A stretch of 64,000 nt of DNA, from NCBI RefSeq assembly GCF_009914755.1, contig NC_060939.1; one strand, 5' to 3'. Below are positions 13,509 to 27,323 of this stretch, one piece after another (position 1 is the first letter of the stretch; every line of letters begins with the position of its first letter). Origin of the DNA: the human T2T-CHM13v2.0 reference genome, Homo sapiens. The notes under the pieces were generated by a model. It had not been told where the DNA came from. It saw only the letters and a program-made list of their open reading frames with translations, and searched no databases. Both the position numbers and the translations under genes were made by a program.

Positions 13509-13827
13509 CTAAGGAAGTAACAAAGCATAATTTAAATGTAGGCAAGTACAAAATGACTGAATTTTAGAATGGCAGAAGCTGAGATCCATAAACTTATCAC
13601 TCAGGATTTGTGCTTTGAAGAGCATAGGAATACACTTACGATGTCACTTGAAGTCACAATTACTAAATGCAAGTACTATATTTACTCATTTTAGTGCCAA
13701 ATATAAATACTATCTCAATTTTATTACATAGAGGAATTCAAAGACATGATACATTAAAATAATTTATAAGAAGTAATGGAAAACTTGATTTACCAAGAAC
13801 AACTTTGAACTACGTTCAACAACTTAC

Positions 13828-14030
13828 TGTCGAGGAACTGGCTCCAAGATCCATCTTTCTAATAATAATGCATCTTGCTTAATCGCAGGATCATTTAGAT
13901 CAATTCCCTCTGTGGTGGGCCCATCATCGCTGTAGCAGCAGTCTGGTAGTAGCATCATTTCCACCATGATTGGAAGGTTATTCTTCCACAACAATGTGAC
14001 CTCAGACCTAGTTCGTCTGGCTTGGCGGCA
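13828..14030 (-). CDS. ATOSA: ATOSA coding exon (CRQARRTRSE...EPVPRQ), 203 nt
   Basis: Acceptor tttctctaag|TGC, donor CA|gtaagt; phase 0 to 2. Confidence 0.95.
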
Positions 14031-14235
14031 CTTAGAGAAAATGAATATAAGCAAAATGTCTCAAAAACCCACCTAATTTTGTGTTTAAAATAGAAAATTA
14101 TCATTGTAAAGTAGACATCTGTGTGAGAAATGAGTCAGCTATTGCAGAGCTTTGCTCAGAATTGGCTATCTAGGTTTCCTCATTTAATAACGGATCTATG
14201 CTTAGTGAGCTCTAGAGTGCAAGGATTAGTAATGA

Positions 14236-14622
<387 letters not shown>

Positions 14623-14756
14623 TGACAGGCCTCTGAGTTGGCCCAGCCTTGCCTACTTTATTAATTTCATCATTTCACAGGAAAGATTACTTCTTAAATC
14701 CGAACACCAAAATATTAAAAACTCATTTTCATTAAACGCTCAAAATAAACAAGATC

Positions 14757-15054
<298 letters not shown>

Positions 15055-15337
15055 TCAAAATAGACACGATTTTTAGAGTTTACAATTTTGGATCACATTT
15101 GAGAAACTAATAAGTGGGAGAAAAATTCTTAAAGCAAATTATATGCTACTACACCAAAATATTTTGAACAATGTTACACAAAAACATTAACAAAAAATAT
15201 CTTCCCATTTAAAAAAAAAAAGGAATACAAAAGGGAAATTGGTTAATGCAGGGAAAATAATCATAACAACATCAATTTACCAAATGAATAACAACACAAA
15301 GTGGATGAGCCAGGGCTGAGATTCTCAAAATAAAGCA

Positions 15338-15767
<430 letters not shown>

Positions 15768-15924
15768 TTATTAGCTATGGTCCAGGATTTGGATTTTTTC
15801 CCTTTATGATTATGATCAATTTTACATTGAAATATGACAATTATAACTGTAATAAAATAAAGGTGATGATGAACATAAACTAGTTTATATAAAAGATACA
15901 AAGCATTCAACACAAGATTCTCAC

Positions 15925-16109
15925 CTGGGCCAGCTTGTCACTACATTCATGTTTGGTAGTTACTGGGTAACAAGACTGTGCTGGAGGGCAATGAAAGCTT
16001 TCTGTTCGACCTTTTACAGAACATTCAGGTGTTCGTCCTTCTGTTATCAGCAAGGCCAAAGAGACCAAGAACTCCTCTGCATCATATTCAAAATATTCAT
16101 CCAGAGTAT
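15925..16109 (-). CDS. ATOSA: ATOSA coding exon (DTLDEYFEY...SDKLAQ), 185 nt
   Basis: Acceptor ttttatatcag|AT, donor CAG|gtgaga; phase 1 to 0; translation recognised as FAM214A/ATOSA N-terminus. Confidence 0.95.
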
Positions 16110-16347
16110 CTGATATAAAAAAGGGGCAAAGGGTCCTCAATTTAATGTACTCTTAGTAAGAACTCATCTGGTCTGCCTAAAATAACTAATGTCACATTAC
16201 ACATTATTCATTTAACATAGAGTGAAAATAATAAAAATGAGAATCAAAATATACTAAACTTTTGATTCACAAACTACAGAAGTGAGGAGATGATGGATAA
16301 TTCCAAATTCTAGTTGAACTGGTATATTAATTATAATTGTAATATAA

Positions 16348-16657
<310 letters not shown>

Positions 16658-16699
16658 TATAATTACATTTTTGGGTCAGGTGTGGTAGCTTACTTTTCT

Positions 16700-16799
16700 A
16701 ATTAAAAAGTGACACATTTTCTGAGAAATTTATAAAATTCAGAGAGTAAGACAAAAACAACTCATTATTCAGAGATATCTATTGTTAACTTTATAGCCT
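16700..16799 (+). repeat. 100-bp direct duplicate of 19794-19893
   Basis: 93/100 identical by manual ungapped alignment. Confidence 0.95.
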
Positions 16800-16816
16800 A
16801 TAATAATTATATTTTC

Positions 16817-17111
16817 GGGCCGGGCGTGGTGGCTCATGCCTGTAATCCCAGCACTTTGGGAGGCCGAGGTGGGCAGATCACCTGAGGTCGGGAATTTGAG
16901 ACAAGCCTTACCAACATGGTGAAACCCAGTCTCTACTAAAAATACAAAAATCAGCTGGGTGTGGTGGCGCATGTCTGTAATCTCAGCTACTCAGGAGGCT
17001 GAGGCAGGAGAATCTCTTGAACACGGGAGATGGAGGTTGCGGTGAGCCAAGATCACCCCATTGCACTCCAGCCTGGGCGACAGAGCAAGACTTTGTCTCA
17101 AAAAAAAAAAA
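16817..17111 (+). mobile_element. AluS
   Basis: Sense dimer with poly(A). Confidence 0.95.
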
Positions 17112-18029
17112 TTAATATTTTTGGATGTCAGGTACAATAGTTTTTGCACACAAATCATCACTAATAGCTAAAAGGTTAAAATGTCTTATGTCATATTTTT
17201 AGCTAAGATGTTCTATTGCTATTATTTACATATTAGAAAAAGATACAGATCCAACTGCATGTTTCTCTTTCTCTCCCCCTCCCTTTACTAGTTCCTTAGT
17301 CTCACAGCACTAATTCCGTGACATGAAAATTCATAGTCATGGGGTCCTCTGTGCTTTTACTATATAGTAATAACAATTTCTAAGGAAGAAATGCTATTAT
17401 CCAGCAGCGGCACAAAGCCTGATTTGCAATATGTGGAGTGTGGTATTCTGGTTATTACAGTTTCAAACAATCTAATCTGTGGGTTTTTTTCACGTAGTTA
17501 TGGTAATTTAAATATTTCTCATGAGTGCTCTTAGTTTTTTAACAGCTAATTTTAAAAACTGTTAACTTGCTATACAAGTTGAACATTCATACACAAAAGT
17601 GCACACACTATTCAATTTGTTGTACAATTTGTTGTACAAAAAGTTGCTCTTATCTCGGCCAATCAAGCAACAAATATTTCAAGTGCCTATTATACCTCAG
17701 GTAATAGGAGGACACAGAGTCGTATGCACATAGTTCCTAGTTTTGAAACCTTTACAATTCAAAGAATTTTAAAAACAAACAGAACCATGCAGCATGGAAT
17801 GGGAAGAGAGAAGGTGCAATTTGAGCAGAGATCTCATGTAGAGAAAAGTATGCAAAAAGAAAGACTGGAGCCAGCTTATGAATAGCTTTGAAGGGTATGA
17901 TGAAGAATGCTCTTTTCCAGCTTCAGGAAGGCTTATCAGGAAAGGAAGAAGCCTTGGGAGTAAACTTTATTAAACTGGTATTTTAAGACCATTCAGAAAA
18001 GTTTCTCTAAAGTGACCATTTGGAACATA

Positions 18030-18265
18030 TAAAATGACAGCTGACATTTGGTAACTTATCACTGTCAGTTCTAAGTACCTTCTACACGTCAACTGATTTA
18101 ATCCTCAGAACAGCTCTAGAAGGTGAGGACTATTACTTCTATTTTTCAGATAAATGAAGCATGGAGAGGTTAAGTAATTTGCCCAAGATCACCCAGCTAG
18201 GAAGTAGCAAAGTTGAATTTTGAAGCTGGACAGTTTAGCTCCAGAACCTGGACTCTAGTACTATT
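18030..18265 (-). mobile_element. MIR
   Basis: gagaggttaagtaatttgcccaagatcacccagct core. Confidence 0.8.
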
Positions 18266-18451
18266 CCCAGTCAATTCATCCAGTTTATCATACATCCCCA
18301 GGTTAAAAAATACATGGATCATACACTTTAAACATTCTCAGAGTAGTAGACACAACAACCAAATACATATTATAACGTACTGTGATAACCACTCGTACAG
18401 ACGTTAGCAGTCTATGTTATAAGAGCACAGACAGGTGGCCAGTAGTTGAGT

Positions 18452-18530
18452 AGGGGTATGTGGTGGAAGACAGTGGTGATGAAAGGTTCTAAGGGGTATG
18501 TGGTGAAGACAGTGGTGAGGAAGGGTTCTA
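18452..18530 (+). repeat. Two-copy tandem repeat, ~40-bp unit
   Basis: aggggtatgtggtg(g)aagacagtggtga.gaa.ggttcta twice. Confidence 0.9.
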
Positions 18531-18702
18531 CGGTAGTGACGTGTTGCTTGAGACAAGTCACTGAATGTTTTCTTCTGTTAAATGAAAGTAACATCTACCC
18601 AGTTGTCTGAAAGAACTTTAGGAAGATCACATAGAGCAAGATTTTAACAGTGGCCATTGCCAAGAGTGAACACCGGCAGCCTTCTTTAAGTTGTGTGACC
18701 CC

Positions 18703-18830
18703 TGGTTGGAAGTGGTGGTTCATGCCTGTAATCCTAGCATTTTGGGAGGCTGAGGCAAGAGAATCCATTGAGCCCAGGAGTTCAAGACCAGCCTGGGCAA
18801 TATAGGGAGACCCTGTCTTTATTTACATGT
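18703..18830 (+). mobile_element. FLAM/Alu left monomer
   Basis: Monomer consensus. Confidence 0.85.
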
Positions 18831-19327
18831 ATATATAAAAGTGTGACCCTGTTCCCCAACCCCAACAAAGCCAATTGATTCAAAGTGGGGACCTGACCCA
18901 TCCTGGGTCAGTCTATTTCCCAGGACACTGGAGTTAGGATTCAGAGATGTTGGTTTGTCCCCGTCTGCTATGACTTAAACTGAGGCAATGTACACCCAGG
19001 AGCTATGCAATGACCATAGACTGCCATGGGCATGGAACAGCAAAGAGAATGAAATAAGCTATATAGTGAATGAGAGAAACAAGAGACTTTGTAGACATAG
19101 AAAGCCAGAAAAAGTAGTTGCCTGATTCCTGACAATGTTCCAGTCCCTCATAAACCTACTGAGACAGAACTCTGTATCCCTAGCAATCAATTCCTTTAAG
19201 CTTGTTGAGTGAATTGTTTGTAATCAAAAGCACCTTGACTAGTAACTAAAGTATATTGTTATGAAATTAGAGAAGACAATCATCAAAAATAAAAAAAATT
19301 GCTAGTCTATAAATGAGAATTATTGAG

Positions 19328-19733
19328 TGATGGGCTGAATTGAAATTCATATGTTGAAGCCTTAACTGGCACTGTGACTCTATTTGGAAATAAGGCTTTT
19401 AGGAGGTAATTATAGTTAAATGAGGTCATAAGGGTGGTAACGCATGTAGCTTTAAAAGAAGAGAAAGTGATCTCCTCTCTCCCTGCTTTCCCCCACCTCC
19501 CCCAGGCCACATGTGTCTCCTTCTTGCTTTTTTTCTCTTCAAGGAAAGGCCACATGAGCACACAGGGAGAAGGCAGCTGTCTGTGAGCCAGGAAGAGAGC
19601 TCTCACCAGGACCTGAACATGCTGGCCCCTTGATCTTGGACTTCCAGCCTTCAGAACTGTGAGAAAATAAATTTCCATTGTTTAAGCCACCCAAATCTAT
19701 GGTATTTTATGGCAGCCTGAGCACACTAAAACA
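19328..19733 (+). mobile_element. MLT1A-like MaLR LTR
   Basis: aaattcatatgttgaagcc...ccagccttcagaactgtgagaaaataaa...CA. Confidence 0.85.
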
Positions 19734-19984
19734 TCGGGGAAAATAAAACTTTCCAAAAATGTGACTATTTCAAAATTTAAATAATGATTTTGAAATTAAA
19801 AAGTAACACATTTAGTGAGAAATTTATAAAATTCAGAGAGTAAGACAAAAATAACTCATTTTTCAGAGATACCTATTGTTAATTTTATAGCCTTATTTTA
19901 AGCATGTATATAACTTTTAAAACAAACTTAGCTTCATACAATGTAGCTTTTACTCTTATTTTTCACATTATATAGTCTCTACTT

Positions 19985-20095
19985 TTGAATAAATAAATTT
20001 TATTTAAATATTTATTTATTAATAAATTATTTATTATATACAAATAAATTATTTATATAATTTATTACTAATTTATATATAATAATAAAAGATGT
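19985..20095. repeat. AT-rich low-complexity tract
   Basis: Almost exclusively A/T. Confidence 0.85.
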
Positions 20096-20307
20096 AAAAT
20101 TAACTTGTAAGAGAGCCCATAATTCTTTTAAATCCAAATCCACATAATTGTAACACATAATTGACTGACTACCTCTGCATTATCACCTTGGAATCAACCA
20201 TGACCCATCTGCAGGCCTCTAACCAGAGCATTAATGTATATGATCTCCCCAAATACCGTGTACCAAAGCCTGGCTAAAAACTCATCATTCCCCTCATCAA
20301 TTTTTCC

Positions 20308-20599
20308 TTTTTTTTTTGAGATGGAGTCTCACTCTGTCGCCCAGGCTGGAGCGCAGTGACACAATCTCAGCTCACTGCAAGCTCTGCCTCCCAGGTTCAC
20401 GCCATTCTCCTGCCTCAGCCTCCTGAGTAGCTGGGGCTACAGGCACCTACCACCACGTCTGGCTAATTTTTTTGTATTTTTAGTAGAGACGGGGTTTCAC
20501 CGTGTTAGCCAGCATGGTCTCGATCTCCTTACTTCGTGATCCACCTGCCTCGGCCTCCCAAAGGGCTGGGATTACAGGTGTGTGCCACTGCGCCTGGCC
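20308..20599 (-). mobile_element. AluY
   Basis: AluY diagnostics gcaagctc, ttcacgccattc, gtgttagcca. Confidence 0.93.
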
Positions 20600-20937
20600 C
20601 AATTTTTCTTCACTCTTAACAAGGATGTCTCTTAAAACTACTTTTTAAACACTACCACTGTACATATCCTAAAGAGCACCTGATCATTTCTGCAGCTGAC
20701 AAAATTATGCAAAACTAACAGGTTAGATTAGGAAAGGACATACAAAGTGGGGAAGAGGGTGGGGAAAGTGCAATGAGAGAGTGAAAGAAAGAGGTATTAC
20801 CAGGACTCTATGACTTGTTATCCTTATGCCTGCAAAACTGTAATACATCTACAAAGCTCCTAGCAGGGAGTGGCTAACTCTTGCAGTAGGAATTATCAAG
20901 TTTAAAGTGATAAAAACTGAACTGTTAAAAAAAGTAT

Positions 20938-21108
20938 TTTCTTCTTCTTCTTCTTCTTTTTTAGAGACAGGGTCTTGCTTTGTTGCCCAGGTTGGAGTGC
21001 AGTGGCGTGATCATAGCTCACTTTAACCTCAAACTCCTGGCCTCAAGCAGTTCTCCCACCTTGGCCTCCCAGAGTGCTGGGATTACAGGTGTGAGCCACT
21101 GCCCCAAG
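20938..21108 (-). mobile_element. FLAM/AluJ monomer with (CTT)n tail
   Basis: Antisense monomer. Confidence 0.85.
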
Positions 21109-21822
21109 CCACTTTTAAATAATGTAACATTGGACTAAAATTTGGTTGCTTTGGTCATTGTCTCTGTGGGAGGTAAACTAAACAAACTTCAAAACCATGA
21201 CTGGAGTTTGCAATCCCTCAGATGACTTACTGAACTTAGTGTGTTAAATGTTTAAATGAAAAATTTGAAACAAAAGATTAGAGATGATACTAGTTATCTG
21301 TTAATTACCAATGTAACTATTACATAAGTATTGAAAGGAATACTATGGATTATACAATGGTATTTTGAAACACATAAAATATTACCTAAGTACAAGTGAT
21401 ATGTGGTGACAACTTTTAGAAATTTGTCAAGAATGTCTAATTTTAATAAACGAGAATACTAAATCATAGTAGTCCTCAGAACAGTTACATTGTTATAGAT
21501 TGTACTTGAAAATTGGCAGTAAAAAATTTTTTTAAAGAAAAGTTACATCATTAAAATTTTTATAATGTCAACCTCTAAATACAACAGCAAAGTTTACTGA
21601 AGAATATGACTAATTTTTGGGAAATATGTCAGGCTAAAGAGAATTCAATAGATCTAACTTGATATTTTGAGGACGTAGCTCACACTAGAAATAAAGTTTG
21701 ATTTTAGAGCATCTGAAAAAGTCTACTTTTACAAGAAAAAAAACAAAAAATGTTTCAAATCTAGACAAATATGAACTGCTAGGCCTTCTTACCAGTTACA
21801 TGTTAGAATAAATAAATTATTT

Positions 21823-22085
21823 GGCCAGGTGTGGTGGCTCACTCCTGTAGCTCACTCCTGTAGGTGGATCAACTTGAGGTCAGGGGTTCGAGACCAGCCT
21901 GACCAATATGGTGAAACCCTGTCTCTACTAAAAATACAAAAATCAGCCAGGATGGTGGTGCATGCTTGTAATCCCAGCTACTTGGGAGGCTGAGATGGGA
22001 GATCACTTGAACCCAGGAGGTGTAGGTTGCAGTGAACTGAGATTGCACCACTGCACTCCAGCCTGGGTGACAGAGAGACTGTCTT

Positions 22086-22115
<30 letters not shown>
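21823..22115 (+). mobile_element. AluS with rearranged 5' end
   Basis: Dimer, TSD aataaattattt; gctcactcctgta duplicated in place of normal sequence. Confidence 0.93.
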
Positions 22116-22116
<1 letters not shown>

Positions 22117-22920
22117 TAAATTATTTGACATAAAATATAATATTGAAGAGAACAGAAAGGATGTTATAAATTTTCACAGGCTATGAAGGACAGATCACTG
22201 GACACCGGTGATTAACCAATGAAAACACAGTTCTGGGGGTCCCTACCTAAGACCTCAATGAGGATTGTGCTTGCACCAGGTTGTCTAGGAGCTATGATCA
22301 GACTGACTGCTTTTGCATGCTCTTCTGGTTCTGGAGTGTAGCAGCTTCTTAAAATTCCCCACCTGTTCTGTCCATCGAGAAAAGTGAACAACTTAGCCAT
22401 TGGGAAAACTTTGAACAACTGGGGTGATCCGTAGACAAAATAGACTAAGAAGTAAATTCTTCATTGCTAGAGGTGTTCAAGCAAAGTTTGATAAACACTT
22501 GCCAGGGTGTGGCTGAAGAGATTTATGTAAGCGAGAGGTTCAATTAGGCTTGTTCTCAGGTTTTTTCCAACTCTGAGAATTTATTCTTTGTTCTCCAGAA
22601 AAACCACAGGAGAGAGACCAGAACCACTAACTCCTTGAGAGACTCTAACCAGGAGCCCAGCTGAAGCACTACTCATTATACACACACATTTCTTGATTTA
22701 GGAAAAAAGCAAACAAAGCAGGATGGCTCAAATCTACTTCAATGGGAGTGGAAGAAGAGTGTCTTTCCCATTGCTAGGCTGTTATATATGCTGTTTATTT
22801 CTAAAGCCTGCCAGAGAAGGAGAAGGAGTCTAGGCCTCTTATGCCATGGATTAACATGGAAGAGGCGTGGGAACAACTTGGGGAATTGCTACTAAGAAAG
22901 TTTATCTAAAAATAATGTCC

Positions 22921-23215
22921 AGCCAGGTGCAGTGGCTTATGCCTGTAATCCCAGCATATTGGGAGGCTGAGGCAGGCTGATTGCTTGAGCTCTGGAATTC
23001 AAACCAGCCTGGGCAACGTGGCAAAACCTCATCTGTACAAAAATTAGCCGGTGTGGTGGCATGTGCCTGCAGTCCCAGCTACTTGGAAGGCAGAGGAAGG
23101 AGGATCACTTGAGCCTGGAGGTTGAGGCTGCGGTGAGCTGGGATTGTGCCACCGCACTCCAACCTGGGCAACAGAGTGAGACTTTGTCTCAAAAAAATAA
23201 AATAAAAATAAAAAG
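22921..23215 (+). mobile_element. AluJ
   Basis: Sense dimer. Confidence 0.92.
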
Positions 23216-23737
23216 TGTCCTTTTTACTTCATGATGCGCAATCGAGTATTGTGAATAAAAATTCTCCTTCTATGAATTTATCCCCAGGAAATAACAGGAC
23301 AAGTACACCTGGCCAAATGTTCAAGGATGTTTATGAAAACATTTATACCAACTTAAAAAAATTGGCATCAACCTAAATATTCAACAATATGAGACTGGTT
23401 AAATATACTGTGGTCCAGTTAGATCTAAAATAATGACATACCTACTTTTGACAAGGAAACATATCTACAATATAAGTAAAACCCTAATGTTTAATAACAA
23501 TGTTATGATTATGTATCTGTGGAATCACAAGCATATATAAGCACAGACATACATACAACAAAATATTATCAGTCCCATAAAGCAAACACATAATCCCACA
23601 TACTAAATTGTAAATAAACCACTATTCTCTGACTAGCATAAGTAACTCCTATTAACTGAAAAATAATATGTAATAAAAGCAGTCCCAGTGTCATATATTT
23701 TTAATTAATCAGAGTTATTACTTTTTGTAACCTCTAC

Positions 23738-24096
23738 TAATATGGTTTGGCTGTGTCCCCACCCAAATCCCACTTTGAATTGTAATAATCCCCACGTGTC
23801 ATGGGAGGGTCCCAGTGGGAGGTAATTGAACCATGGGGGTGGGTTTTTCCATTCTGTTCTTGTGAGAGTGAGTAAGTCTCATTAAGTCTCATGAGATCTG
23901 ATGGTTTTATAAAGCGGAGTTCCCCTGCATACACTCTCTCTTGCTTGCTGCCACTTAAGATGTGCCTTTCACCTTCTGCCATGATTGTGAGGCCTCTCTA
24001 GCCATGTGGAACTGTGAGTCCATCAAACCTCTTTTTCTTTATAAATTACCCAGTCTTGGGTATGTCTTTACTAGCAGCATGAGAATACACTAACAT
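23738..24096 (+). mobile_element. THE1-family MaLR solo LTR
   Basis: atatggtttggctgtgtccccacccaaatc...ataaattacccagtc. Confidence 0.9.
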
Positions 24097-24102
24097 ACTT
24101 AC

Positions 24103-24400
24103 TTTTTCTTTTTTTTTTTTTTGAGACACAGTCTTGTTCTATCGCTCAGGCTGCAGTGCAATGACATGATCTCGACTCACTGCAACCTCTGCCTATGGGG
24201 TTCAAGCAATTCTCTTGCTTCAGCGTCCTGAGTAGGGATCACAGGTGCGCTCCACCATGTCCAGCTAATTTTTGTATTTTTAGTAGAGATGGGGTTTCAC
24301 TATATTGGCCAGGGTGGTCTCGAACTCCTGACCTCAAGTGATTTACCAACCTCGGCCTCCCAAAGTGCTGGATTACAGGCATGAGCCACTGCGCCTGGCC
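24103..24400 (-). mobile_element. AluS
   Basis: Antisense dimer. Confidence 0.93.
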
Positions 24401-24699
24401 TACTATTTCTTAAAGTAGGTCATAGTTTGGTTACTTTATACTGGCATTTGTGAAGACACACACAGGTAACAGTATACTGGTTCTGGTATTGAGAAATTGG
24501 AACTTAGTATCTGAAACACTTTTTCTTTTTAAAAACAAATGTTTAAAAAATTAGGTAAGAACTGGAATCTCAGTGAGATTCCATATGAGAAACACATGGT
24601 AATGAGTTGAGGCATCTGAGAATGGATATTAAGAATTAGTGCAAGAGGTTATGCTCAAAGAATGGGACTCTCAGTTAACATAACCACTATGTAGACTTC

Positions 24700-25216
24700 A
24701 TTTATTTAACAAATACCATACAACTACCAGGTTCCAGGCACTTTCGTAGACACTGGGGCTTGGAGCTTATATTGTTGTGATGGCACAGAAAAACAAAAAC
24801 AAATTAATAAACTATCAGATGCTAAGTACTATGCCATAATTATAAAAAGGATGATGTGATATGAGAATGATTATGGCAATGCTTTATATCAGGTGGTTAA
24901 GGAGGGCTTTTTGAAGCAGGTAACATTTCAGCTGAGATCTGAATGACAAGGAGCTAGCCATTCAAAAATTAGGGGAAAGAGCATTCTGAGCAGTGTCAAA
25001 GGTAGGAACGAATGGGTCAAATCCCAGGAACTAGAAGGTGAATGAGGCTGAAATTGCAGTGGGGAGAGAGGGAAAGCAGCAAGAGATGGACGTTTAGTCA
25101 GGCATGGTGGCTCACACCCGTAATCCCAACACTTTGGGAAACCAAGATGGGTGGATTGCTTAAGCCCAGGAGTTTGAGACCAGCCTGGGCAACACAGTGA
25201 GACACTGTCCCTATTA

Positions 25217-25255
<39 letters not shown>

Positions 25256-25990
25256 AGCCAGGTGTGTAACATGTGCCTGTGGTTACAGCTACTTGGGAGG
25301 CTGAGGCAGCAGGACTGCTTGAGCCCAGGAGTTCAAGGTTGCAGTGAACTATGATTGCACGACTGTACTCCCACCTGGGCAACAGAGTGAGACTCCGTGT
25401 CAAAAAAAAAAAGGTTTAGAAAGGTGGTCAGGGACCAGATCATATAGGATTTCGAAAATAGGACAGAAAGTTTAGATTTTATTCTAAATGGAATGGGGAG
25501 CCATTAGAGGGTTTTAACTAGAGAAATGCATTTACATTTTAAAATGTACATTTAAAAATGATCACCCTGGCTGCTATGTGGATAAAAGAATAGGGGGAAA
25601 GAATGAAAGTAGCTATACTAATTAGGAGGTTATTATAGTTGTCCAGGGTTGTAGGTATAGTTTTGGGGATCGCACGCATTTGGATAGTATTTAGAATCAA
25701 GAGTTACCTAGAGGAATATGTAGATAGAGGAGAGCAGGGAACTCATGACAGAGCCCTGGGGGACTCCAACAATTAGAAGACGACGAACAGCAAAAGGAGC
25801 TGGATTACAGGCTGGTATAATGGAAGCCTCGAGAGAATAGGAAGTTTCCAGGAGTGCATGGTCAATGGTCTCAAACACTGGTAAGGTTTAATAAAATATA
25901 AACAAAGAAGTGACCATTGAATTTGACAATAAGGAAGTCATTGGTGACCTTGAAAATAGTGAGCTCAGTAGATGGTGATGATGGAAGATA
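24700..25990 (-). mobile_element. L2 fragment interrupted by an Alu
   Basis: ttcatttatttaacaaatac end and ggagccattagagggtttt, gatcaccctggctgct body motifs. Confidence 0.75.
25096..25412 (+). mobile_element. AluJ with (TAAA)10 microsatellite (25217-25256) in the linker
   Basis: Dimer consensus plus perfect tetranucleotide run. Confidence 0.92.
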
Positions 25991-27024
25991 AGACAAATGT
26001 GACATATACTGTCAATTATTCTGAAGAGTATAAACGATAAATGCAAAAGTCTACTTACTTAGTCTTGTCTTAACACAATGGGCATTCATGTAATACAACA
26101 GCCCTTTCTAGAAAAGTATTAAATATGCAATATCATCACTCACAGAGAATTATTTCCAAATCTCAAAATGAGACTAAAAGAAGTTTTAACTGCTTCTCTT
26201 CTAAGTCTATGGCACAAATGGTAGGAGATTCTCCTGTATAATCCTGAAATTACTAAATTTTAATTTGTTTTAAATTTTCCTTGGAATTAAACTCTTGCTT
26301 TTTATCCCCAAAACAGTTACCTAGTTAGGTTCTTATTATTTTATACCTGAATTACTACAAGTTTCCTAGCTATTGTCTAGGACTCTAGGCATCTCCTTAT
26401 CCATCTTGAATCCTAATACAGATTAATCTTCCCAAAAAGCCATTCCATTACAATCCTCTTGAGCTTAAACGTTTTTGTTTTTGTTTTTGTTTTTAACCTA
26501 TCAAGCATGACTTCCTCCTCTCCTTTCCACCAACCCAAAGCTTTCTGGACTGCCAATCTTTTCCATGAGAAAGCCCATTCCTAACTCCTTTCCACACTGA
26601 TCTTTGACTTACTTTGTTCTCTTCCCCAGAATTTACAGAAGCCATCTAGGCTATAAATGGTTACTGTAGGGTGTTAGTGTACCAACCAAAGGTCATGAAT
26701 TTCACCTCCTCATGGGTAAATTTCACTCTGTTCCATGGACAGACTGTACTGTTAACTTCAGCCAAACTTCTCCAAAACTTAGGGCATTAATCACAAATGT
26801 GACCATGAAAAAGGAAAGGACAGATCAATGCAAATGAACCACCTCAGGAAAAATTCAGCACGATTTGACAGCTCTATAGTTATATCAACCTATTCATTTC
26901 TTTAGAATATTCTTAACATGCTATGGATGTACATCTACTAATGGGTTAAATTCCACAATCACTGAAATATTTTTGGCTTCTCATTTATGTGTTCCAGTCT
27001 CAAAGGAATATGTGTACCTGCTTA

Positions 27025-27323
27025 TTTTTTTTTTTTTTTGAGACGGAGTCTTGTTCTGTCACCCAGGCTGGAGTGTGGTGGTGCGATCCCGGCTCACTGA
27101 AACCTCTGCCTCCTGGGTTCAAGTGATTTTCCTGCCTCAGCCTCCAGAGTAGCTGGGATTACAGGCACTTGCCACCACGCCCAGCTAATTTTTTGTATTT
27201 TTAGTAGAGATGGGGTTTTACCATGTTGGTCAGGCTGGTCTCAAACTCCTAACTTCAAGTGATCCACCCGTCTTGGCCTCCCAAAGTGCTCGAATTACAG
27301 GTATGAGCCACTGTGCCTGGCCA
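27025..27323 (-). mobile_element. AluS
   Basis: Antisense dimer, TSD atgtgtacctg. Confidence 0.95.

Noticed and set aside
13634-13645. Isolated minus-strand GTAAGT donor-like motifs (here and ~58604-58609)
   Set aside because: No convincing paired acceptor or reading frame found
26660-26810. Possible ancient tRNA-derived SINE remnant; also CR1/L3-like patches near 22200-22580 and 48600-48850 and antisense L1-like sequence at 4215-5280
   Set aside because: Too degenerate to call by eye
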